Of a stretch of DNA of 64,000 nt, positions 52,726 through 64,000 are shown piece after piece. Every line of letters begins with the position of its first letter. The first letter of the stretch is position 1. Source of the DNA: Lytechinus pictus (taxonomy: Eukaryota); the NCBI RefSeq assembly GCF_037042905.1, contig NC_087258.1, positions 27,032,001 to 27,096,000 on the forward strand. The letters are read 5' to 3'. The notes below the pieces were generated by a model. That model was not told the origin of the DNA. It made no database searches and saw only the letters and a list, made by a program, of their open reading frames with translations. Made by a program: the position numbers and the translations under genes.

Positions 52726-54597
52726 TCAACTAATTCGTTTTAATGCATTGTATTTTCCTAATTATATCAGAATACCCGCCAATGTGACACAGTGTGAAAA
52801 TAATAAAAAAGTGCAAAATTTTACACAGTCACTGTGTAAAGTGATTACATGTTCACATTGTGTTCTTTCATGTAAAAGAGGGAGTGAACTGTGTGTGGTC
52901 TCTCATTGACTGTGTTATAAACACATAGATTTAAAATATACGTTATCAAATATCTACTAATACTACAGAGAATGAATTGTATTTGTATAGAGAAAATTAA
53001 TGTTTTGAGAGGAAAAATAATTGGTTCGCTACTTGGTAAACATAATCATTGCAGTATAAATGTATTGAATAGTTAATTAGCATGTTATCATTCAAGTGGG
53101 TCTATATTATTAGACTACACTAGCATTATTGGTCAGGAAACTGGCCAGGTATGAGTAGTTGAGGACTCGAGATGGCGCTATTGGTTTATATCTGCTTTAA
53201 TAGGAGATAACAAAAGAAATACATGGTATCCTCATCTTATGCATATTGTCAAACTCAATAGAAACTTTCGTTGTGCCTATTAAACAACCTGGTATTGGAC
53301 AAGAAATGATTATCCAAATTATGACTCATCTCCTGATTAAATGAAGTCATTACATGATAAAATAAACAACAATGACACATGAGAACAAAATGTATTCACA
53401 CTTTAAGAAAATATGTTAAAATGGATATGTACATTACACGATAAAAAAAACACATGTTCATTATACTGTAGATAGATATGGCTATGACTCGTGGATGAAA
53501 ATACATAAAAATAATATAGGCCAAGAGCACTAAAGCCCTCTGGTACGATATTATCATCAGGTCCCTCGGAGAGGACCTGAAGGCTTCGGTTCCCTGGTTA
53601 TTTACCAACACTTACCAATATTGTTTTCTCAGCATTCTAGTAAATGATCCTCACCAGCAAAACATATATACAAAGAAATTATTTACATTGTAGATCCATA
53701 TAGTAATAAAGGGGTCCCCACGCTGAGTGACAAACAAAACAATGAAAACCTGATCAAAATTTGACAAGGATTTTTTAAGCATTGCGTTACTTTGGTGTTA
53801 TAAGATTGGTTACTGCTATCATCATTGTTGAAACTTATTTTACACACATCTATTGTGATGTCCTTTAATAAAATAAGAAAAGGGAAAGTTTGGACCACAC
53901 ATCATCAGCCCACCTATTCACTGGCCATTGCTTGCAGATTGCTATTTTCACAATATATCGCTAAACGAACAAATTGAATAGTTGTTTTATCAGATTTTGA
54001 TGAAATTTTCAGCGTTTTGCCCATTTATACTGTACATGTATATATCATAATATATATTCAGATGTGACTGTTTTCAGGCTGGAGTATCCATTTTAAAATA
54101 TTTTTTCTGATAGTTCTATCACTTGTATGCCTCACATTATGAATTAGTTTATTATTTACATGTATGTCATTGAACATTATAAAATGTATATGAATAAATG
54201 ACAAGGATTTGTATTGTAAATGCTTGTTATAAATGTATGAATATTACCTGTATTATATTTTGTTTAGTTGGAAAGAAAACTGAATTTGAATTTGAATTTC
54301 GATTAAAATAATGCCACATGCACAGTTAAAAATAATATTAACAACGCTATTCACTATGTGAATTGCACAGTAGTTTTTAAACATTTTAAACAAGTGTTCA
54401 AAATCTGAAACAACACTAAATATTAAATACAAATATTTAATTATCAATGATTTAAGCATAAGTGGTTAAGATTTTGAACACATGTTTAAACTGTTTAAAC
54501 AACTCCTGTGCGATTCACATAGTGAACAGCGTTGTTTAAATTATTTGTAACTGTGTGTTGAGACATTGTAGTAGGTGCATGGTTGAGATAATCTGGA

Positions 54598-55860
54598 TTA
54601 CAGTGATACCTTGATGAAATATAACTTCATCCAACAAGCAAAGGCGAGCATGTCTGGGGAGAGGGAGACCAAGTAACACCAATGCCAACCCAATGTCATA
54701 TTAAGTGCTTTGAACTCAACTTTTTTCTTCAGGTTCAGACCATCAAGATCATAGAGCCTGATCACCACCTTCCTATTCTGCCAATCAACACTCGCTACAT
54801 ACACCCTGTCCTGCTCATCCACGGCAGCATACAGGTGGACATCCTTTGGAGCTTGTAGAGACTCACCAGCATTCCCATCCCTGTCATAGACCGTCACCAC
54901 GCGAGGATCGGCGTGACATGAACTCGTGACGTACAAACCCGTCCTGGTGGTAGATGCCTGATCCGCCTTGTGATTTGTTTGAACAGTGTGTTTAAGAGTG
55001 GATCCTGTCGGGTCATAGATATATACTTGGTTGTCACCGTTAGTAATGATGATTTCATCTGATTGACTTCTGTTAACACTGAGATCATTAGTACCGTCTC
55101 TCACGTGGATTGTTGCTTTCCTGGAGCCAAGGGGGGAGTATATATAGGCTTCTTTAGTATGGTATAGCGATACGCATAAAGATCCGTCTTGTTGATAGAC
55201 AAGATCCTTATATTTCCTGTCATTGGGTATGTTACTATACTGCTGCTTACCACCATTTGAATCAATGATATCAATACAATGTGCAATCCACCCATATACG
55301 ATACCCACACTGTCGTGTGAGTACCGTGTCATTCCGGACATATATGACCGTAGATTTACACACTGAATGACTTTTATCTTGGGGTCTGATCCTGAGATGC
55401 TCCCGAGGTCAAGACGAGTATCATCAGCTGGGTTGAACCTCTTCCCCTTTGATTTCTTCGTAATTGCTGACGCAGAAGTGTGATCGGTAGCCTCCTTCAG
55501 CATATCATCGAGTTCCTCACAGAGCAAGATATGAGCAGATAGAGTGTCTGTCTCAAGATGACCTAGTCTGTCATTATCTACCAATGTTATTGAACTACAA
55601 ATACTCTTGATCCTCTGACGATCTTTTGACTTCAAGACGTTGAGGTCGTCATCAAAACTATGCTTTAAGGCATTTATTTGGTCGGTGAGATTTCGAAGAT
55701 TTTCTTCCAGCTCCTTGGCCTTGATGGTGTAAGCCTGCCTGACATCATCTAGTAGTGTCTGCACTGCAGTGTGTACCTCATGACGTTGTATTTCTATGTT
55801 TTGAATGTTCTTTTCCAGCTCTGTTTTCTTGTCAGCACATCGTTGGGCAAGGTCTTCCAC
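54598..55860 (-). CDS. TRIM copy E exon 2 (single linker repeat); full protein 632 aa
   Basis: 420-aa open frame; lacks one 102-nt linker repeat relative to A/B/C; same acceptor. Confidence 0.9.
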   Translation of the reverse strand: MEDLAQRCADKKTELEKNIQNIEIQRHEVHTAVQTLLDDVRQAYTIKAKELEENLRNLTDQINALKHSFDDDLNVLKSKDRQRIKSICSSITLVDNDRLGHLETDTLSAHILLCEELDDMLKEATDHTSASAITKKSKGKRFNPADDTRLDLGSISGSDPKIKVIQCVNLRSYMSGMTRYSHDSVGIVYGWIAHCIDIIDSNGGKQQYSNIPNDRKYKDLVYQQDGSLCVSLYHTKEAYIYSPLGSRKATIHVRDGTNDLSVNRSQSDEIIITNGDNQVYIYDPTGSTLKHTVQTNHKADQASTTRTGLYVTSSCHADPRVVTVYDRDGNAGESLQAPKDVHLYAAVDEQDRVYVASVDWQNRKVVIRLYDLDGLNLKKKVEFKALNMTLGWHWCYLVSLSPDMLAFACWMKLYFIKVSL

Positions 55861-58594
55861 CTAAGGAATGAAAGTTTGAATAGTACAAACAACGGTTTAG
55901 ATCTGCAAATATTCCTTAAATGTGAAAATAACAAACTATTTAAAAAGATAACAACTGCAGAATGACACGCGATAATCAGTAAAAGAAACCCCATATTTAC
56001 ACAATTTCATGTCATTGCTACAATAACTTTAAAGAAAATCGTGGCTGACATTCAACAAAAATAATGGGAAGAAATGCATTATATGCAACAGTATTAACAA
56101 TATTGATGATGGTACGTTACATAAGCTAATTATCAGATACAATACATTTTTGATTGATTGATAACGAGTTTATTTCATTTCAAAATTTCAACAAAATTAC
56201 AAAGTAGAGCGAATTGTAATATAACGTAATTAAATGAAATGTAAACCTTCTGAAAAGCACAGCTCGTTAAAGGTTTTTTTTTACATATTGATACAAGATA
56301 CAAAGTTCAAAGTCTATCTAATACACAGATCATCATATCTTTCTTGTAAAAATTACATATAAATCCTTGTAAATTGTTAGTTTTTTATCATATTCTCCCA
56401 TAGCAAGTAAAATATAAACAAGGCTGAATAATATTACAAAAAAGTGAAAAGGACACACGAAAGAAAGCATTACGAGAACAGGAAATACAGGTAATAGAAC
56501 GGTACAAGAACAAGGCACGGCAAAAATTATAAAAGAACAAGACATAACAAAAACTATACAAGAACTGACAAAATATAACAAAAACAATAAAACAAAGGAC
56601 AAAAAAAGAGTAAAAGAAAACAAACAAAAAAAAGCTGCACGGGTAGATAGAATGAAGAGACAGAGACGGGAAATGAAGTGAAATAAAGAGAGGAAGAAGG
56701 GAGAGAGTGGGGAAAGGAGAATAAGAAAGAATAGGAAATCCTCGAAATATCCTACTGATACTAAATTTTAGGGGTTCTATGATTATTAAAGGGATTTTGT
56801 TTTATGCTATATGAATTGTAGGCTTATTTCATAAAGCTTGTGAAAGTGAGTTCCATGGTTTCATGCCAGAAGATATGACAAGTTTGTTTGGAAATAATGT
56901 CATTGTTCAAGATAAATGGAAAATTCCAGCAGATCTATCGTAGAGTAGTGATGAATATTTACATTTCTTGTAACATTTTAGTAAATTTTTAATATATTTA
57001 TCAATATTATAGTATCCAAATGTTGTGATTTTTTAAATCTTTTAATTTCGTCATTATTATATTCATCATCATCACTTATTGTTTTTATTACCCTTATATT
57101 TCAAATCAACATTTCTATCTTTAATACCACTAGGTATATGGTATACAATTTGTTTTTGTTTGATGGAAGTAAAATAAACAAATTTGAATTGAATTGAATT
57201 GAATTTGAATAGGTATACTAAAGGTCACGTCCACCCCAGAAAAATTATGATTGAAGAAATAAATCAAACTAGCATCTGAAAATTTCATCAAATTGGATGT
57301 AATATGAATTGAATTGAATTGAATTTATTGGAACTTCACTGGCAATTGCCAATATTTTGTACGAAACAAGAAGTAGAAAATGATACAATACAAATATACA
57401 ATGCAAGGAATATAAGCAAATAAACAAAAACAAAATAGTATTTTGTAAAAAGAAAAAAAAAAAAAAAAAAGAGAAACAACTTATATATACAGATATACAC
57501 AATAAACATAGGAATCATTTGGATAGATAATTGACAATGGATATAGAGACTGATATCCAAGAAAAGATAAAGAAACATAAAGAAAGTGAGAGAGGAGAGG
57601 GAAATAAAGATGAAAGAAGTTCGAAAATGGAGAGAGCGGGAAAGAGAGGAAGAATGAGAAGAATGGCATTACATGTAAACTTATTGTGTAAAAATATTGC
57701 GAATATATTACTTTAAAGTGTTTGCCGGTTGATATTTTTGTGCTCAGAAATCCCCCCTAATAGCAATTATGTTTTGGATAAAAGAACAAAACAATTTAAT
57801 CAAGGCTTCCGTATAATTAAAACAAATATGAGAAAGCTGTGACATTTTAAAATTTCGCGTATTTTTCACAAAACAGTGATATGCACAACTCAGTGACATG
57901 CAAATGAGACAGTCGATGATGTCCCTCACTATTTATTTCGTTTTTTTTTAATTGTTTTAATTATACAATATTTATAGTTTACAGATTTGACAATAAGGAC
58001 CAACTTGACTGAACTATATAGTATTAAAACAATACTTATTCTACATGGCCGGGAGTTGTATGATGTATCAGTCTCCTCGTTTGCATACCGACCAGGATGT
58101 GCATAAAAAACTGTTTTGTGAAATCAACCGAAATCTAAAATGTCATAACTTTCTTATCTATATCCGATTTCGATGAAATTTTTAGTGTTATGCTTGTTGG
58201 ATTTTTCTCGTTTTGTTCAAATCAACTTGATAGGTCCATGGTTGGGGGGAACTTGTCCTTAAATATTGTTTATGTTATTTACGTACAGTCATGATCACTC
58301 CTATTCCTCTCAAAGCCATTTTCAGCTCTTTTCGTTATCATTATCAATATACAATTCAGTGTTCTTCTACAGGTGAGGATTCATAGGAGCCAAACTTCAG
58401 GTGCCGCCTTGTCCCAACCCGCCCCCCCCCCATCCTTCCTCCCCCTCCTCCTCCTCCTCCCTCCCCTTCCCCTCACCGATCGAGAAGTTTATTCTCATCA
58501 TATTTTTATCATCGGCATCAATATTATTATCAGTGTTAATATTCAATTTAGTGTTTTTTTTTCACACCATGATCTAGTAAATAAATAAAATTAC

Positions 58595-59230
58595 CTTCCG
58601 TCGCAACTCTTGTTCAAAGTCAACCTGGTTCTTGATTTCATGAGCTTTATGACCAACAAGTACGCACTTGTGACAGACTTGGACCTTACAATCCTCACAA
58701 AACATATCCTTGTTCTCAAGTTTGTGGATGGAACACTTCTCGAATAAATGACCAATGCTGACCTTCCCTTCGATGACATCATCCATGGATACAATCTCAT
58801 GATCTCCAAAGACTACTACAAGCTGTTGATGAGAATGCAGGCACTTATCACACATGTATAAAGTACATGTTCTGCAGAATGACACGGCGTCTTTCTGAGA
58901 CTTGCAAGCGGTACATTTCTGGCACATCTCAAGGACAGCATTCATCCCTCCACGCTTGGCGTGGTAATCGTCTACGCATCCGTTGATGGAGACATTGAGG
59001 CGGAGATCATCGACACGATTGGCAGACAACTTGGTGATCTCCCTGCAGAGAGGACAGACCATGTGATCAAGGTCCTGGTGGGTTAGATCGTATTTCTTGA
59101 GGCATCGCCTACAAAATGTGTGTCCACATGAAGTCAGGATTGTTGCCTCAACAAATATATCAAGACATAATGGACATATCAGGTTCGGTGAAGAGCTTGA
59201 TGCTTTCTCTGATTCACGCTTCTCAGCCAT
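58595..59230 (-). CDS. TRIM copy E exon 1 (RING-Bbox1-Bbox2)
   Basis: Intact ATG, Zn ligands and donor; 636 nt; intron 55861-58594. Confidence 0.92.
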
Positions 59231-59399
59231 CGCTAAATCAATTTAAAACACGAGATCTAAATTCCAACGAATATAAAGCATATGTATATCAGTATTGATG
59301 CATTGAAACGTCAAGTTCGGGTTAGAACGCAGTAACTGATACAACTGGCTCCAAGCTATTGCTGCTGCGTACTACAATACGAGTTCAACTACAATAGTA

Positions 59400-59462
59400 A
59401 AAACACACCCAATTCGAACTTCCTATAAATAGTACCGGGTATTCCCAGTTACCTTTGAACCT
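59400..59462 (-). promoter_or_regulatory. Candidate TRIM proximal promoter: kappaB-like site next to a TATA-like box
   Basis: Minus strand aagttcaaagg-like..GGGAATACCC ggtac TATTTATAGG..GGGTGTG about 200 nt upstream of the ATG; block retained upstream of all four exon 1 copies. Confidence 0.3.
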
Positions 59463-60599
59463 AAGTGCGTTATGTATTCATTCATCGATACGTGCTTTTC
59501 ACACATGATCAAGTTCAAGCACTTAAAAATGGGGAACTTATTTTTGGTTGTGTTTATATGTGTATGTTTCATGATTTTAAACTAAAAAAGTTTGAAATGG
59601 GCAATAATTCCTCCCATTACTCAGCATTAACCTATACATGCTTAAACAGAGAATACCTCAATTTATTCAATTCTTTATTCCATTTCCATTCAAAACATGA
59701 CACAAAGTAATATAAATCAAATACAGTTTTACAGACGAGCAACTTCGAAAAACATAAAGCAAAAACAGTATAAAATTGAGCATAAATGGAAATGAGGGGG
59801 GTCCACCAGAAGCAAAGCTTTTAAAGTGTGGATCCCCCTTGAAAATGAAGAAAATATTGTCGACTTATTCATACATGCGTATTGTTACGATACTGCAACC
59901 AATGCCAATAAAAATTTAGTTTAAAAATTTGATTTCCTTTTATAATTTCAGGAAATAGATCAATTTTGACTTGTTTAGTGTATGCACTAAATAAGTCAAA
60001 AATAAATAATGATATTACATCTCTTGAAGTGTCAGTTCTGATTATCCAAGTTGGCTGGCAAAGGTTCCCTAAATGAATGTTCACAATGCTGGCGATGATG
60101 AAATTAATTTTGAAACACGATGAATAATAAGAGTCACTGTAACGAGTTGAAAAGTCTGTGAAGACGATGTTGATGGTGATTAACAGTCAATTTCAGCAAT
60201 CCATGGGTTGATAAGCGTTCATTAAAACAGGTTGATGAACTCGATGAGAACTGAAAATTCCTCTCTCAAAGTAACTGCAAACAGTTCATTGGTGGCGTGC
60301 AAATAATTTCACAGAAGATATATGTTGTATTCCAGTTGGAAATAAACTATGCACTGACGTAGTGACGTAAAGTCTGGTGTGAAACTCTGAGTTCTGATCT
60401 CATAATTATGATGAAGAAACTGCCAAATCAATACAAAATTATATAAAACAAATATAGGTTGAAAACAAATGATTTCTGTAAACATGAAACAATTAGAAAG
60501 CTTAAGTGATTATGTGCTTCTGAGGGTCTTCACTCCATAGCAGGGTATTAAATTCATTAAAGAAAAAAAAATATGTAGTAATGATCTCAACTTAATTAA

Positions 60600-60977
60600 A
60601 GGTATTGTTTAACTTTGTGAGCAGCCGTTTTAAAAAATTCTTAAACCAAGATGAAACATGTGTACAAGTGCATGTATTAGAACTAATAAACCCTGAAAAC
60701 AACCATTATTGAGAAAGAAAAGCTAAAACTACAAGGCAAACCCCGATTTTGTAAATAGGCGTCTACTAGACGCCTAAATAGTACACATAAGTGTATGGGA
60801 TGAAATTAAGGTGGTGTTTCCGGTCACTTTAGTTTTCAATTTTTGAAGCACTTAATAATTATTTTCGAACACAATTTTTTCTGGGCTTCATTTTTGTAAC
60901 ATATCACAGACACAGGTGACAAGTGTGACCTTCTAGCTCAGATTTTTTTAAAGTCAAATCAATGTTAAACAATCACT
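60600..60977. mobile_element. TTAA-flanked MITE
   Basis: ttaa-aggtattgtttaac ... gttaaacaatcact-ttaa. Confidence 0.6.
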
Positions 60978-61863
60978 TTAAAGTAAAATATAACGGACCA
61001 GTTCATAATTATGTTCTTGAAAAGCGCGAATAAACTCTAAAACGTAGCTGATTCTCGTAGAAGGTAGGTAGACTTTGTGTCCGATGATCAAGTCCATATA
61101 TCCAGTGCCTTTCGATCACGGCCAATGTCTCATCACTTCGATGATGGGTTTAAAAGCTAGCCTAGGTATATACGGCTGTAAAAATAATTACAGGGCAATA
61201 ATAAGCAAGGGCATCAATGATTAAAATTCCCTACGCAAATAATTTTATATATTAGTTAAAATTTCTAAAGCCTGGTCACGTATAGTATTTATACAAGCAC
61301 ACATGATAAAATTCAACTATACGAGTTTGAATAATTCCTTCCTTATACAGTTCAAACAAAATAGCAAATATAACTTTAAATCCAATGTCACCAAAAGTCG
61401 CTTAAATATCATGCTCATAATCAAAGCTGTTTTGAAAATAACTCATCTTCAGACCTTAACCTTCTTATACTATTTCGTTAACAAAAAAAATGGTGTACCA
61501 AATAATGTAAAGAAAATTAAATGACAATTTGTTACAAAATACAGACTGTCAGCCATTAAAAGTTTAATCTAAAATGGCCGATTGATTTTCGAAAAGTAAC
61601 TAACCATCCCTCTAAATTTGTCGATTTGTCGATTATCTAAACGTAATTCCCTAAAACATTCCTTTTGAATGTAAAGCAAGAAAAATACAGTGTACGTCCT
61701 TTTCAAAATACAATAATATAAAGATGAATTCCTTCAGTCCAAAATGAATAAATAATACAAAGTTATGATATTCCAGGGTTGATTTAAAACATTGTAACAA
61801 CATTCGGTTACAAACTTACAGTTATTTCTGGTTATCGGAGATCCCGTTGCCTGTCGCATCGGC

Positions 61864-63304
61864 CAGGCGCGTAGCCAGGGGGGGGGGGAGCGGTGGGGGC
61901 GGTCGCCCCCCCCCAAAAAAAAAAAAACGTCCCCAAAAAGCAAAAAAAAGAAGGGGAAAAAGAGAGGAGAAAAGGAAAAGCGAGGGGAGGGAAGGGAAGA
62001 AATGTAGCTTTGTGTGTTTTTCTTTTTATTCTTCCTTTTTTTTCTCAAAAACGAAACTCCTTCATTCTTGCTCTAAATTTAGTTGTATGAATTTTGCTTC
62101 CGCGCTACGCGCGGTTAAATGACAATATTGCAGTTCTCCTTTGTTTCCCTCACCCTTTCTCTAACCCTGTTTTTCCACCTCAGCTATATGTGTTTCTTGT
62201 CAGTTAAAATTCAAATGTATACATTAGGGCATGGAATTAGAGAAAGGTTAGGCCGAAGTATATCTTTTTGAAGTTGTATTTTTTTTTTCAAATTGATCGC
62301 GCAACTTCTGGTCGGGTCGGCTCCGGGAGGGTAAAATCTTTATATCAATATCTGCCGTCACCTCCATATAGGCAATACTTTTCAGCTCATTACTAAACAA
62401 CAATAATTTGGGGGCAAACGGGTTCCTAATTTAAAAGGGGAAGGTATAAAATTCGTCGTAATAAATAACAAAAAAATACAATATTTGTTATCAAATGATA
62501 TTAAACTTCATGTCATTTCCCTGCACATTAATTTCCTGTCCTGTTTTGCGCCCTCAGTTTGAAATTGTGAATGACACTTAAGTTTCTTTATCATTTTAAA
62601 TGAAGCGCATCAGGATAAGTCAAAGAAATTATACATCATCCTGTTTTATATAATTTCATTAAATCAAAGAAGTTTCAACTTTTTGCGCACTATTTTCCTT
62701 CTAATGAAGTTCAATAATCTTAGAATATTAATTTAATTAGAGCCGATGGGGGTATTAGAGATATCTGCATTTGATGAAACGTCCGCCCTTTGAAATTTTC
62801 AGAGTTTTATTGCTCTGCGCGGGGAGGAAGAGTTAAGATATGCACTGTGGCGGTCTGTCACTAAATTATTTGTAATAAAATCTGATCTTTCAAAGATAAG
62901 TATTCAATATAACTTAGAGCATACCCTTTTCTCGGGTCCCTTTTCTTTGCAAAAAAAAATGATAGAACGCTTTAAGTTCCGCGCTTCGCGCAGGGTTAGT
63001 ATTATTTTAATTTCCTCCATTCTATCCCTTTTTTGTGCGTTCACAATCACTTTTGAAAACAAGGTTCAAAATCACAATACAGTCAACTGAATAGGAGCTG
63101 ATATGGGTATTAGAAAAAAGAGAGACGGCTCCTTTTCATTTTAATTTATGAAACACCGAAAGCTTCGCGCTTCGCAAGGGAGGGGGAAACTCCCCCTCCC
63201 TGCACCCACCCCCTAGGGAGCGCGCTTCGCGCGCTCTGTAAGTGTTGGCACGCTTCGCGTGCATTTACCGCCCCCTCCAAAATGAAATCCTGGCTACGCG
63301 GTTG
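61864..63304. mobile_element. hAT-like non-autonomous element
   Basis: TIRs caggcgcgtagccagg / cctggctacgcggttg; subterminal gcgcttcgcgc repeats; TSD unclear. Confidence 0.6.
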
Positions 63305-64000
63305 TCGCGTCCTGAAAGGATCACGTCAACCGCCGACAATCTGCCCATTCGAGCTCCAAATAACAGCAAGAAGGTTGGCTAGAAATAATTGGGAAAATAT
63401 ACGCTAACACGCACATCCAGTTTCCCTCTCATAAGCAGTCAGACCCCTTTCCCTTGGGTTGGCAAAACAGGACTTTCTCCAAAAGCGGCGAGAATTGCTT
63501 CTGCCTACATTCGCTTCTCTCCTTTCCACCACACATAGAATCGCGCAACCAATAACAAATCTGACAAATCACGTACCCGTCATAAAACCACATGACCACT
63601 TCTCGTTCGTTCACACTCCATTGCCCTCACATAGCAATGAAGAAAAGAAAAATTCGATTGAGTCGAATTACAAGAAATTCGCGCGAAAACAGTAACAAAA
63701 CTGATTAACGGCGGAGCTCTTATAAAAGAACAAATATGCATTCGAAAACTTGCCTGGTAATTAAGGAGAAATCAAAAAGCTCTGGGTAAAGCAGTAAATA
63801 CTTTAGTAAGGGGAGAACAAAAACTTCAGTGCATTTTATATTGACACTCAGTAAAATTAATTTATTAGACTTAAATTAATTTGTAGACAAAATAGCTAAT
63901 CCTATGAATATCCTTTAAGAGGAAATAACTAAATAAATGAATGTAATTGCTCTTCTACAATTCTTATATATACAATTATATATATATATATATATATATA

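Overview
AT-rich animal genomic DNA (spliceosomal introns, dense MITE/SINE/LINE content; a marine invertebrate, plausibly a sea urchin, but that is inference). The window is dominated by a minus-strand tandem array of two-exon TRIM E3-ligase genes: exon 1 encodes RING(C3HC4)-Bbox1-Bbox2, followed by a phase-0 GT-AG intron, and exon 2 encodes a coiled coil, a 34-aa repeated linker and an NHL-like beta-propeller. Copies A (3325-8037, 664 aa), B (16419-20427, 666 aa) and E (54598-59230, 632 aa) are intact. A rearranged locus C/D (36333-44742) has one exon 1 followed by two alternative exon 2 copies, one with a nonsense codon and truncation and one intact. The paralogs are near-identical except at about 11 short hypervariable, aromatic-rich patches in the propeller and in B-box1, and they are mosaics of each other. 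This pattern suggests a rapidly diversifying intracellular recognition receptor family. Between B and C lies a four-tier nest of mobile elements (hAT MITE > TTAA MITE > SINE > intact Penelope-like retroelement with RT, GIY-YIG, a minimal hammerhead ribozyme and a 244-bp perfect palindrome). A second Penelope pLTR remnant with its own hammerhead core, several LINE fragments, MITEs, minisatellites and two assembly gaps are also present.
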